From: Antedon mediterranea
Lineage: Eukaryota > Animalia > Echinodermata
NCBI RefSeq assembly: GCF_964355755.1
Contig: NC_092673.1
Span: forward strand, 11,008,948 to 11,072,947
DNA length: 64,000 nt
Direction of reading: 5' to 3'
The notes under the pieces are model-generated. The model was given only the letters and a program-made list of their open reading frames with translations. It was not told the DNA's origin and made no database searches. Both the position numbers and the translations under genes were made by a program. Below, in pieces: positions 12,793 through 24,646 of this stretch (position 1 is the stretch's first letter; each line of letters opens with the position of its first letter).

Positions 12793-12869
12793 CTGCCGTT
12801 TTCAACAATGCTAAGCAATTTCTAAACGTTTATGGTGATGACATTGAAGTCGATTACAGAGGTTATGAG
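12793..12869 (+). CDS. PIGK: GPI-anchor transamidase PIGK, first exon in window
   Basis: AG/GT bounded; AVFNNAKQFLNVYGDDIEVDYRGYE. Confidence 0.95.
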
Positions 12870-12944
12870 GTTTGTATCTAGTGAAACCATTTTTTAATGA
12901 AAAGAATTTTGTGTTCACTTCTGGTTAGACCAGCTGTTCAATTT

Positions 12945-13205
12945 TTTGAAAGCGACCGACTTTCAAAAAGGGGACTTCTCGTAAATGATCACCTCCCAGA
13001 CCGTACATCTTAAGCAACCACACTCGTTAGCGACCACCTCTATTGAATGACCAGCATCTCTGTTAAGGGACCGCTTCATCTCATAAGAGACCACCGCTGT
13101 TGGTGTTTCCACATTAGCTGGAGGTTTTACTACATTAGCGGTGGATTGTTCTACATTAGCGGTTGTTTCAACATTAGCTGGCGTTTCTACATTAGCGGTT
13201 GTAAC
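12945..13205. repeat. MITE-like fragments and short tandem repeat (TACATTAGCGG units) in intron
   Basis: Six ACATTAGC units at 13110-13200, with repeated GACCACC motifs before them. Confidence 0.6.
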
Positions 13206-13286
13206 AAGAAACTCTATAGTGAAATTTATAACCAATCTTTGATAATTTATTAGTATAAATTCATATGTATTTAATTTGTTTACTAG

Positions 13287-13495
13287 GTTACAGTTGAAAA
13301 CTTCATCCGTGTGTTGACAGGACGTCTCCCACCAGGCACGCCCCGATCCAAAAGGTTATTATCTGATGACCGTAGTAACATTTTGATATATATGACTGGT
13401 CATGGCGGCGATGGATTCCTTAAGTTTCAAGATGCTGAAGAGATTTCAAGCATTGAGCTTGCTGATGCCTTTCAACAGATGTGGCAGAAACAAAG
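13287..13495 (+). CDS. PIGK: PIGK exon with catalytic His
   Basis: [13 protein letters not shown]...[18 protein letters not shown]...MWQKQR; AG/GT, phase 0 to 2. Confidence 0.97.
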
Positions 13496-13896
13496 GTAAA
13501 TTCAGTTCTTTTGAATATTCTTGTGGTTTTTCTTATCTCATTCAGCTACTTTGTTTTTTAACCAAAAGATGGAATAGTCTGAGGGTCTGTTTCTGCTGAA
13601 AAAATCAAAATAATCGACTATTTTAATATTCGATTATTTCGATTTTTTTTTGCAGACAATTTTGTGGTTTGTGGTACTTATAATATAATTTTTTTAAATT
13701 CAATTTAAATTCAAAAATTTATTTTTCTTAATACATTTTTTTTTTAAATCTAGAAACCGGTTTTAAGGGTTTATAGATCATTAAATGTTTAAGAGAAAGG
13801 ATTTTTTTAATAGGAGGAATATAATTTATATTTCTTCATCATCATCCATCATTACAATTTCTTCTTCTGGTTTTATAAAATCACCTGTTATATATA

Positions 13897-14227
13897 TGTA
13901 GCAATACTCTAAAAGCAGTATTATTATCTTATTGTATTTAAGTTCATATTTACTTAGTAGCTTGTATATCCTCAATGATCATATTGATTGTTTCCTCATT
14001 TTATGCCTTTTAATAGTTTGCTAGAGTTTGTAGTTTAGTATAATTCCTAAGACTAGATTATTCGGCAAGTCTCCCTCGGTTTTGAAGCAGGCGAACGTCG
14101 TGGACGACGTTTAAGAAAGGAGGGGTGGATGTAGCGATACTCTAAAAGCAGTATTACTATTATTATCTTATTGAATTTAAGTTCATATTACTTAGTAGCT
14201 TGTATATCCTCAATGATCATATTGATT
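13897..14227 (+). mobile_element. Highly deleted LTR element (LTR start, PPT, second LTR start)
   Basis: ~95-bp direct repeats starting TGTAGC at 13897 and 14130; the second is preceded by the purine tract AAGAAAGGAGGGGTGGA. Confidence 0.6.
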
Positions 14228-14517
14228 TTACACATTCCAAACTCTGAATTAATTCAGACTGTACCTCCTTTATTGAGGTTTCCATAACAACTGGTCCATT
14301 TTGTAGGTTTTGTGGCGGGGAATAAGAAAGTTTTATAGCCTGTGTTATCTAGGAATACTGTGAAATTGGATAGATGAGTCAGATCTGGGTAGTTAGTATT
14401 GAGTTTTAAAAGTAAGTAGTTGTGAATATAATTAATAAAAGCATTTTGTATTAGAAATCTGTGTTTTATCGATTTTGTAGCTGAAATTGAGAACCTGGGT
14501 TTAAGTTATTATTGTTA

Positions 14518-15081
14518 TTATTTTGTGAAGAGCTATATTTGATTAGATTTTACTGAAATAGATGGACGGTTATTTTGTATGAAAATAGTTGATTGATTGA
14601 AAGTTGATAAAACTTCAAATTGTTCATTCATATGATTATGAACATCAGTTTTCACATACTTTTTATTATATACTTTCTCATCCTTTGAATCATCTTCTTC
14701 TTTCTTCAATCTGATACATTAATGTTTCTATTTTACCAGAATCATTCCTTCGAATCTTAGGATACATACTTTTTTTTGGTATAAGATTATATTCAGATAA
14801 TTTTGGTGAAACTTCTTCCAGTTTTTCATTACAAAACTTTGATATCTTTCCATCACTCATCTCATCATTATACACAATTATATTCATACTATATGTTTTA
14901 TATTGCGAACTGTATTTAATTCCATACGAATTACATCTTGATGTTTTCAATACAAATTTTTTCTTTTCACTATTTGGAAATTCATACAATAATGGTATTT
15001 TCATACCAAAAAATAGGTATTCACAATTTTACCTGATGACAACTTTGTTTCATCAAAACTTTCAATTCTTGCAATAGACAT
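14518..15081 (-). pseudogene. Degraded gene resembling the large-DNA-virus ssDNA-binding protein (DUF2738-like)
   Basis: Across frameshifts: MSIARIESFDETKL...KIPLLY...FVLKTSRCNSYGI...YSMNI...MYPKI...SGKIETLMY...VLSTFNQSTIFIQNNRPSISVKSNQI. Motif order recalled from memory, not searched. Confidence 0.55.
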
Positions 15082-15321
15082 TATCTTTTATTTACTCTTC
15101 AATAAATTCCTTAACCCATTTCATTTAAATTCAAAAATGTATCCAAAAATACTAACCCTGAGATTTTTCGAAAATCATTAAAAAAATGCAATTTTTATCA
15201 TTTTACATAATTATTATGCTAATCTCAGGGTTAATATAGTAATCTCAGGATTAGTTATAAACAACATACAAAATAAAAAAATATTTTTGTCCCTGCACTC
15301 TCCATTCTTAACTACTATTAT

Positions 15322-15902
15322 TAACCATATAGAATTGTGGTCCTACAAGAGGCGAAAGAGAACTTGATGTATACGCATCACGAATCATACCATACTGTAG
15401 TAAAGATCAATTGTTTTACCCTCGCGAGTTGGACATTTTTTTTAATTCTCATTTTATTTTAGGCAATTGCCAAGGATAACCACAAGTGAATTCATTCACT
15501 ATCCTTGGAGTTACAAATATATTGATATGCAAAAATTCTCTTGGACAATAGAACGGCCGTACCTTCTCCCGCACAACAACGTTTTTTTTGTGTTTTAGAG
15601 CGTTTCAGCTGCTTGACTCGTCTTGCCGAACTAGAGGGGTATACTTAGGAAGTAACCATATAAAATTGTGGTCCTACAAGAGGCGAGAGAGAACTTGATG
15701 TATACGCATCACGAATCGTACCATAGTAAAGATCAATTGTTTTACCGTCGCGAGTTGAACATGTTTTTTTTTATTCTCACTTTAGGCAAATTGCCAAGGA
15801 TAACCACAAGTGAATTCATTCACTATCCTTGGAGTTACAAATCCTGACAAATCAAACCCAGGACCCTTGGATTGGTAGTCAAGCATCATAACCAACAAGC
15901 CC
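15322..15902 (-). mobile_element. tRNA-derived SINE with an adjacent partial duplicate
   Basis: Minus-strand head GGCTTGTTGGTTATGATGCTTGACTACCAATCCAAGGGTCCTGGGTTTGATT; body 15654-15842 duplicated at 15322-15519. Confidence 0.65.
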
Positions 15903-15912
15903 TAAAAGGCCT

Positions 15913-16512
15913 AGACAATTTGTGCTGATTAAAATCACTGATAAACAACTTTGGTGCGTCGGGAAACACGGCTTCTATCTTGTGAATTGTGTTTCAGAGC
16001 GTTTCAGCTGCTCGACTCGTCTTGCCATTTGGGTAATATACACCAAACACACAAATATTTGTGGGAATTCTCTTGGACAATAGAACGGCCGTAACGATAT
16101 GCAAATTAGTTTAATGTCAGGATTGCATACCTTCTCCTTCACAACAACGGGTTGGTTAATAAAAACACACACACCACCACCAATTGTTTTTCATGAATTT
16201 AATGTCATATCTGCAGAACATTCTCATTCAGCCAGGTTTCCATGAAACATAATATATTTGTTTCTCTAAATGAGTTGACATACCGCATGTATGTATTTAA
16301 TTTTTCCATTTTATTTTTAATAGACTTTACATTTGACAGAATAATTGTAATGTAATGTAATGTGTAATTTCTCCTTTCCTTTCTTGAGTATGTCCTTAAA
16401 AACCATCTGGTATGTGTAGATCTGGTACCAAAGCCGGTGTGTTTGACCAAAGATTCGACAGCATTTCCCTGCTGTACGTTAATCTGACTATATGTTGGCT
16501 ATCGCCCAAGTC
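15913..16512 (-). mobile_element. L2/CR1-group LINE fragment (AP endonuclease); 5' part continues at ~18180-18290
   Basis: ILSNVKSIKNK, LCFMETWLNE, GGGVCVFIN, LRPFYCPREF. Confidence 0.85.
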
Positions 16513-16515
16513 TAA

Positions 16516-18176
16516 GGGTGCGTTCGAGCACAAAAAATATCAGTGCTAGTACCAGTTAATTCCCCGGTAGTTGAATGCCGTGTGTGCGCGAACGAGTGTG
16601 TTAATGAGAAAACCATTTCGACCACCCTTGACGATTTTGACCATCAAATTGGTGGGTAGCTAACCGTGTACCATCGCGAACGAAACGTAAGGCAGAGTCA
16701 TTCCTTCGCATCAGTATACGCCAGCGTCCCTTTAATTGTCCAAACGCTCTTTAAACAACCATTCTTGTGCGTCTTAGCCGATAATTAAATACCCTCTCTT
16801 CTTGGCGGAAATTGGCACCCTCTGAAAATCCCTTCATGAGCCAAGACAATAATGGATAGGCAGGGTCACCGAGAATTACTGGTGGCATCTGCACACCATT
16901 TATTTCTCTGTGCCACTGAAAATAAAAGTGAATCTATATCAATTAATTTGAATATTGTGGAGTGTGTAACTATTTTGCAGGATTTCTTTTAATTACATTT
17001 CTTACCAGTGCAGCCAACTAATACCTGTGGGAATAAATCTCCATTTTCTTCTTTTTCATATAATGCAGAGTTTCTAAACACTCGTGCAGCATGTGCCCTT
17101 CCGGGAAAGCCAACATTCACATCTGTAAACCTGGTGAAAACAAAGTGTTGATAGTCCTATATTAATATAACATTCTAAACAATCTATAGTTTACAGTTGG
17201 CATACAGAGAAACTTTATCATATTTATTACGTACCTCATTTTATTATCAACAACTGCTTGAAGAATTAATGAATGGTAATGGTGGTAATCTGCTGGGTTA
17301 TTTTTTGGTGCAATTATGGGTATATGTGTACCGTCAATAGCACCAGCACATTGTGGAAAACCATATTTTTGCTGAAACCCATTCATAACTTGTCGCAGAC
17401 AATCTCCTTTTGGCCAAACAATGTAATCCTCCATCATTGAATCGATAATAGCACCACACACTTCATGGACTACCTCACGAACTGTAGATCTTCCAACACC
17501 AAATAAATTTGATATAGTTCTTAATTCGCATGGAGTTGCTAACCTCCAAATTGTTATCCCAACAAGCCTCTCGACAGACAATCCATTCAGCGCATTTCTT
17601 TGAAGGTTGGGGGCCAGTCTGTCACAAAGTACTCTAAACACTCCCTGATTCATTCGAATCATCATCCCACCACTGCGAACATCGATTTACCATGACGCGT
17701 GGTTGGGCTGCATGTCGCTGCCTAAACAGTAGAGCCCTAGCTTGTACTATAGTACAACCTGTCGGCGTGCACGCCGTCTTCGCATCCGTCTGTACCGTAT
17801 ACATCAATGTTCATCTCATTTTGGTCATTTAGCCCATCGACATAAATCCGCATTAGTGTGTTCATCATGTTGATAAACATTGCAACAAATTGTTGATACA
17901 TTAAATACACCATAATTAAGGAATAACTTGATGAAATACTTCATCGTTATCGGAAAATGAATGTAAACAACGAATGGAATGATGGGATACAAAGGTTACA
18001 GGTTACTCATGCATGGATGACCACCTTATGGAATACTTCCAGCGAGTAATTAAAGTTACCCGGTTGTAAAATTTGTGATTTGTCCCTCGAACGGGAGTAC
18101 CTCCCGCTGCGTAAGGCCGTGTGGTCACCGGTTACGCTACACGGTTAATTGAACGGAGTGTCGCTCGAACGCACCC
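16516..18176 (-). mobile_element. PIF/Harbinger transposon, internally deleted
   Basis: Perfect 14-bp TIR GGGTGCGTTCGAGC, 3-bp TSD TAA, transposase remnant; no Myb/SANT gene seen. Confidence 0.95.
16690..17665 (-). pseudogene. Harbinger transposase pseudogene with two introns (17131-17234, 16916-17024)
   Basis: FPQCAGAIDGTHIPI, GFPGRAHAARV, ILGDPAYPL, RMVV*RAFGQLKGRWRIL; GT-AG introns keep the frame. Confidence 0.9.
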
Positions 18177-18359
18177 TAAGCCAGTTGCCAAAACACTAAT
18201 AATTTCCTCATAAATACCACATAGAAAATCACCATAACCACTCATAAATGTTTACAAAACAAACAAAAACAAACAAAAATCCACACAAATAGTAAATTAC
18301 CCCCAAAGTATCACATCAAATATCCCACAAACAAAACATTTCAGTCCTGGTCACCTTTG

Positions 18360-19587
18360 AGCCCTCTGTGTAATTGCACAAAAGTGATTTTAAAATTAAA
18401 ATCATTTTTCAGAATGCATGATTAACCCAAATTATTTAAACTTATTCTGGAAGCCATTGCTGTTGCAGTATATAAATTCATGTACAAATTTGACGTAAAA
18501 GATGTGACGTCATCAAATGGCCAATTGAATAGAAAAATTAGGTTTTTTTTCTCTTTCGTCATAGATTATCACATTCAACATGTTTTAGTATATTGCGGCT
18601 CTTCAGAATTAAAGGTGACATAGACCCCATTTACACTTACGATTTAGGCCGGCCCTGGGTCGGCAATTGATAAGTGTAAATACTCCAAAAAGTTAGGCCG
18701 GCCCTGGGCCGGACGCAGATCTGGGCCACCTCTCCAGGTAGGTTCAGGAGCGGCTTTTACGTTTGGGCCGGCTTACGCAGTGAACCGTGAACAACGTTTG
18801 ACCTTTTTATGAGGTTGTTGTTATGACGATCCGACATTCTCAGTACATACCTTCCTCCTTTTCGGGCGACAATTTGTTTTCTTCATCATTTAGGCTATAT
18901 AGTTAAATTTATTTTCAGACATCTTCTTTCAATAAAGTATTCCTCCGCTTGTTTCGCATATACATAAAATACAGCCATATTATATATAAAACAGTGGGGT
19001 TCATTTTGTTTTTAATGGGACAAAAAACAACAATACAGTATAAATATAAAACGGTCGGTTCGCGCGGAGAGTTGAATTAATTGACGATCGAGAGAGAAAA
19101 ATGTAAACAAACTGTACTTCGTATCCCAGCATGCAATGGTACTTCCGATAAAATTATTTACGACCAGTAATCTGTGTCGCTAGTGTAAACGCTCTGGGGC
19201 CGGCCTAAAAGGTAAATATTTGCAACCGGCCCAGGACCGGCCCTGGACCCAAACGTAAGTGTAAATGGGGTCATAGATGTTTATAAGTTATTATGAAAGC
19301 TGCTGAAATGTAGATATCAATTCATATAAAAATTGTGCCCATCGGATGAAGTTATAATATGATCAGTTGAAGTTAAAAAGTAGTTTTTTCATTTCTTTCG
19401 CCAAAGTTAAATACAAATTTTAAAAGAGCGCGCACAGCGCTTCTACAAGTTCAATTTTCTTCAACATCTTATATCTTTTTGCTCAAATCATTATCTTCCG
19501 AAATTGTCATCTTCATGTTTGATTTGATTATGTCATCATACTAGAAAATTAGAACATATGTGCCGTAATTTCACCTATGCTACACTG
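18360..19587 (-). mobile_element. Tc1/mariner-type non-autonomous element, host of the MITE at 18623; same family as 63592-64000
   Basis: Terminus CAGTGTAGCATAGG next to TA; reverse-complement homology to 63592-63940. Left boundary approximate. Confidence 0.65.
18623..19272. mobile_element. PIF/Harbinger MITE
   Basis: Perfect 19-bp TIR GACCCCATTTACACTTACG, 3-bp TSD ATA, subterminal GGCCGGCCC repeats. Confidence 0.92.
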
Positions 19588-19989
19588 TATATAGATACCG
19601 GTATACAGTATATTGTATTCTATATATTATATATATATATGTGAACTTTATTTAATCAATTGTACATTTTTTATAATGGTAACCGTAATAAGGTATAATA
19701 TTACAGTAGATTTTTACAAAAAAAAACAACAAAAAAAACAATGTCAATATTAATTATAAAATATATACAATGATTATTTACAGTAATGATAATAATAAAA
19801 ATTAATTGTTTATATTGACTATTATTGGAAACAGAAGTTGAATAATAAAATACTGAAAAGAGGTTTACAATCAATGGAAAAGATAAAAACATATAATATT
19901 GTAAGTATTAAAAGTAGCAGATAGTGTTTAGGAAGATTACTGAATATTGGCAATGGCCTACAAATGAACATAGTTATAAGCAAAAGTTA

Positions 19990-22270
19990 TATATTGATTG
20001 ATTGAATCGGGCATCACTATAAGCAAAGCTTTAAAATGTGATGTCCTATGTAACAATTAGAAATTGAAAAAAATAAATAAAAACAATAACAATAAGTAAA
20101 TATATACGTAAAACAATAGAGACAATAATCATAAATGACAGTGGAATAAAAAAAAAATAATATTATATTATAATAACAATTTCAAAAATATGACCAGAAT
20201 AGATCATTCATTATAAAAAAAAAAGAAATCGATAAAGATAAATATGTTGTTCATAATACGTTGTGATTTTAGGTATTAGAATATTTGTTGAGGAGAATAG
20301 TATGAATTGTTTTTTTAAATAGACCTATACTCTTTATTTCTCTTACTGAGTTTTCAAGGCTATTCCATGTCTTGGCACCTCTATAGCATATACTCTGTTT
20401 TTGTTTTCTTTTTAGTACAGTGGTATAGTTTTTTTTATTCCTGGTATCATAATTATGTGTTGATTTAATTGTTTGAAAGTAATAAGTGTCAAACGTAATT
20501 GGGAGCTGTTTATTATGAAATTGGAAGAGTAGTATTGCCATATGTTTTTCATAAAGATCGAATATATTTAATGTGTTGGTTTGTATAAATAGCGGTTGGG
20601 AAAGATGATGATAGTGGACTTTGCATATAATCCGTAGTGCTTTTTTCTGGAGGATGTGAAGGCGGTTTAATTTACTTGGTCCGAAGGAGCCCCATACTAC
20701 TATTGCATACGTTAAATGGGGAAGGATTATAGATTTATAAATTTGCAATAGAGTCATATATAATTTATTCAGAATTCCTATTACTGTATCTTTGAAACTT
20801 TGTTTGCAATGCCATCAATATGGGTACAAAAGGTAACTCCTAGGAATTTATTATGGGTTCCTCTTCGAGTGTGGTGTTATTTACGTATAGTTGCATGTCT
20901 GTGAAATCTGTTAAATTCTAGCGCCCTCTAAAGATTATATATTTAGTTTTATTTGAATTAATTGAGAGTTTGTTAGCTCTAAACCAAGTGGTTAGTCGTT
21001 GTAATTCGCAGTTTAGTATATTACATGCAACTATGAGGTAATTATGTTTTAGGAATATGTTTGTGTCATCCGTAAATATAAAAAGTTCGACAATTTTGCT
21101 TAGACAAAATATGTCATTTATAAATAACAAAAATAGCAATGGACCAATGATATCTCCCTGTGGAACACTAACTTTTACTTCTCTTGTTATTGATTTGTGT
21201 GATTCAATAGTAACATACTGAGTTCTGTGGTTTAGGTATTACTCCTGAACCAGTCTAACACAATACCACGTATGCCATAGCATTCCATTTTATTGATTAG
21301 TATTCTATGATCGATCGTATCGAAAGCTTTCGACAGATCTAGGAAAACACAGATGATGAATGAGTTTATGCCATAGCATTCCATTTTATTGATTAGTATT
21401 CTATGATCGATCGTATCGAAAGCTTTCGACAGATCTAGGAAAACACAGATGATGAATGAGTTGTTATCAAAATTGCTGATGTAATTTTTTTTTCTAGTTT
21501 GTGTAGTAGAGCATGTGCAGTTAAATGTTTTTGTCGGAATCCATATTGAGATTGATTTATTATGTTGTATTTATTAAGGTATGAAATGGTTTGGTCGTAG
21601 ACAACTCTTTCGTATATTTTAGAAAGACATAGTAAGATTGATATGGGTCGATAATTATTAAGGTTTTGCCTATCGCCACTTTTAAATACAGGTATAGTTT
21701 TGGCATATTTTAGTTCATCAGGGAATCGGCCAGTGGCGAGTGAAACGTTGATCAAGTGTGAAATAGGTTTTGTAAGGTAGACGGAATTGTACTTGATATA
21801 GTGAGCACTGATATCATCGTGACCTGGTGTTTTATCTGTTTCTAATTTATTAATGTATGTCATTATTTCGTATTCTGTTGTGGGCCTGAAATACATAGAA
21901 TTACCAGTCAAATATGATGTTGGATCAATGGCAGGGTTGTTATCGTGGTTAATTTTGTCAGCTAATTGTTTCCCAATATTAATAAAGTAAGAATTAAATG
22001 CATCGGATTTTGTTTCTGGGTTAGTGTATGTCTCTGTCCCATGTTTGCAGTTTGAATTTGTTCTTCCTACCTAAAAGTTGATTAATGGCATTCCACGTTT
22101 CTTTCATATTGGTTTTATTTTATTCAAATTTATTAAAATAGTATTCTTTTTTTCGTTTTCTAATAATATTTGTAAGTACGTTTCTATAGTTTGTATATTT
22201 AACTTTATTTATGTTTGTCGGTCTACGTTTGTATTTGCTATATAATTTGTTTCTAGTAACAATTGACTTT
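19990..22270 (-). mobile_element. 5'-truncated L2/CR1-group LINE (RT)
   Basis: [39 protein letters not shown]; 3' stem-loop and (TCAA)n tail near 20000. Confidence 0.9.
21271..21462. repeat. 96-bp tandem duplication within the LINE
   Basis: Two adjacent copies starting TATGCCATAGC at 21271 and 21367. Confidence 0.9.
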
Positions 22271-22469
22271 CGAAAGATGAAAGATGAAAGATAGGCACAA
22301 CTCAGCACTATATTAGTGTATACACATTAGGTCAAAGGATGGCATTTTGTGATCGTATTTTAACATACGTGAATGTTTTTTTTTAAATTTAATGTCATTA
22401 GAATTATAAAAATGATCACTTAAACAAATTAAATTCTAGTTGTATATTGATATTTTATTAATTTTTCAG

Positions 22470-22587
22470 ATATCATGAGCTGTTATTTATTGTCGACACA
22501 TGCCAGGCTGCTTCAATGTATGAGTATTTCTATTCACCTAATTTGATAGGCATCGGAAGTAGTCAAGTGGGTGAGGATTCCTTATCA
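22470..22587 (+). CDS. PIGK: PIGK exon with catalytic Cys
   Basis: YHELLFIVDTCQAASMYEYFYSPNLIGIGSSQVGEDSLS; AG/GT, phases match the neighbours. Confidence 0.97.
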
Positions 22588-23017
22588 GTAAGTAATCGGT
22601 AATAAACAACTGTTTTCTGCGACCTAGAGTATAATTTAAGAAATTCAGTTCAAAATATATGTAGCACTCAAAATAAACACAATAAACTCTGAGGATCAAT
22701 AATAATAACAATCACCGGATTACACAAAAGTCCAAGTTTTGAACTCAGTTTTCATATCCATAAGTTAAACACTAACTACTCCATGACTAGTGAAAAACAT
22801 TGCCTGTTTATAGTATGTATATGCTAAGGTCGTAATTTGTTTTACACGCAAATGTATCGACATAAATATAGACAAAAGCATGTCGCCGTACAGTAAGAGA
22901 GGCTTGCTAACTGTACCAGGTTCATCTGGATTCAATACTAATAGATATACCACTTTACTGTAGTATCACAAATCACCCTATACAATCATTTTTTAACCGT
23001 CTGGTTTATTTGTTTAG

Positions 23018-23128
23018 CATCATGTTGATCCTGCTATTGGTGTTTATGTAATTGACCGTTATACATATCATGCTTTAGAATTTTTGGAAGCTGTATCTTT
23101 TGGAAGTGCAAAAAAGCTGTCAACATTT
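23018..23128 (+). CDS. PIGK: PIGK exon
   Basis: HHVDPAIGVYVIDRYTYHALEFLE...; AG/GT. Confidence 0.96.
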
Positions 23129-23962
23129 GTAAGTAGTTTAAAATAACAATTCCTTCTTTAGATTTTCTGTAAATTTATGTATGGTGATTAAACATTATTC
23201 ATGGCAATCAAAAGGTGTACCTAGAGGATAATTATTATTACATTACAGTTTACAAGCAAGTTTCAGACCGTCAAATAAGTTTAGTGGTTATGGTTGAACT
23301 TTTCTTGTAAAAATGAATGAAAATACATACATATTGATTTTAAAATAAATGATGAAGTTGTAAAGGAGTACATATTAACATTTTAATAACAAACGACACG
23401 TTGTGTTGTAGTTACTCTCAATGTTTATTTCTAAGACTATAATACATGTTTCGGAAATTAATCCATTTAAAATGATCCATTAAATATCCCAAGATAACCA
23501 AAAATTATCTAATATTTACACCTGGTATTTCTTGTTCGCCAGAACTTATATGATCTATGTGTACAAAACATATCTTGTACATGATAAATACATTCGAGGT
23601 CCACATACCGTATTCACTACACCAGGAAACATTTAACTAGTTCTCCTGCATTACTTTTGACTCTATTTCCTATACTTAATTTCCCTTATATGATATTATT
23701 TTTGTTTCAACTATTTCTCTTCAACTGTTAGGGCTAGGTTTGGTTTTAACAAAGTGAACCTAGTTCTTGGTCTTTTTAGGAACAATTCAGAAGGTTTTAT
23801 ACTAGTAGTTGTTTGAAAGGTGTTTCTATAGATTAGGTAATCAGAATATACAAATTCTTCAAATTCACAAGAAGTCAGAAACTATATTTCTTCTGGCAAA
23901 CCATGAGCTAAACAACCTTTTCAAAATATCAAGTGTTTTTACTGGGATTCATGTGAGAACAT

Positions 23963-24246
23963 GCGGAGCAGTGTGTTGGATTGGACTACTGATCATAGGT
24001 TCGAATCCAACTCTCGTAGCTTTGCCTGTATCCGTTGGCAAGATACTTCACTTACATTTTGCCTCTCTCCACCTAGGTGTATAAATAGGTACCCGGTTTA
24101 GATCAAGACACAACTTTGCGCTGATTACTAGCTGCATTATGGGAGTATGTTGCCATATGTGTTTGATCCAAACAAAATGACTGGGATAATAATGTTCAGC
24201 GCTTAGAGGTTTCACAACATTAGGCGCTATATAAATGATTGATTGA
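23963..24246 (+). mobile_element. tRNA-derived SINE with L2-type tail
   Basis: B box GGTTCGAATCC, core GCCTCTCTCCACCTAGGTGTATAAATAGGTACC, tail AGCGCTTAGAG...GGCGCTATATAAAT and (TGAT)n. Confidence 0.8.
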
Positions 24247-24249
24247 AAT

Positions 24250-24545
24250 ATATATTTATACTGGGTAACCTCTTCAGTCAAAGACTGGTCTCCCAGAGGG
24301 CCCAGTTGGTGATCAGTGGCTGTGATGTAAATACACCGGGGTAACCCCCTACTCGTCTCGAAAGATGTACTACTGTAGGTTCTTTAAAGTGCACACGAGC
24401 TAGTTGTGTACACTGGACCTATGGTTTATAGTCCTTATCTGAGAAGACTCGTTCTACCACCAGAACCATGGAGTGAGTGAGCCTCAAACCCCTGCCGATG
24501 TAATTACGGTTCCACTGTCTTAACCACTCGGCCACTCACTCACTC
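24250..24545 (-). mobile_element. tRNA-derived SINE with Deu/Nin-like central domain
   Basis: Head GTGGCCGAGTGGTTAAG; centre GGACTATAAACC..AGGTCC...AAAGAACC...TTTCGAGACGAGTAGGGGGTTACCCCGGTG. Confidence 0.75.
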
Positions 24546-24646
24546 TATTTTCTGGTCATTCCAGGATATTATTATATTATATCCATTTCGAATAGCTATC
24601 AATCAAAATGAATAAGTACTGATAGAAGTAGTCTACGACTTGTGTG

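Noticed and set aside
12963-13235. ORF with TANVE peptide repeats
   Set aside because: Translation of an intronic DNA tandem repeat, antisense to PIGK.
17162-17665. Domesticated HARBI1-like host gene
   Set aside because: Flanked by TIRs and a TSD, with a stop at the catalytic E.
23963-24015. tRNA gene
   Set aside because: No complete cloverleaf; continues into a SINE body. The same applies at ~15.9, ~24.5 and ~54.7 kb.
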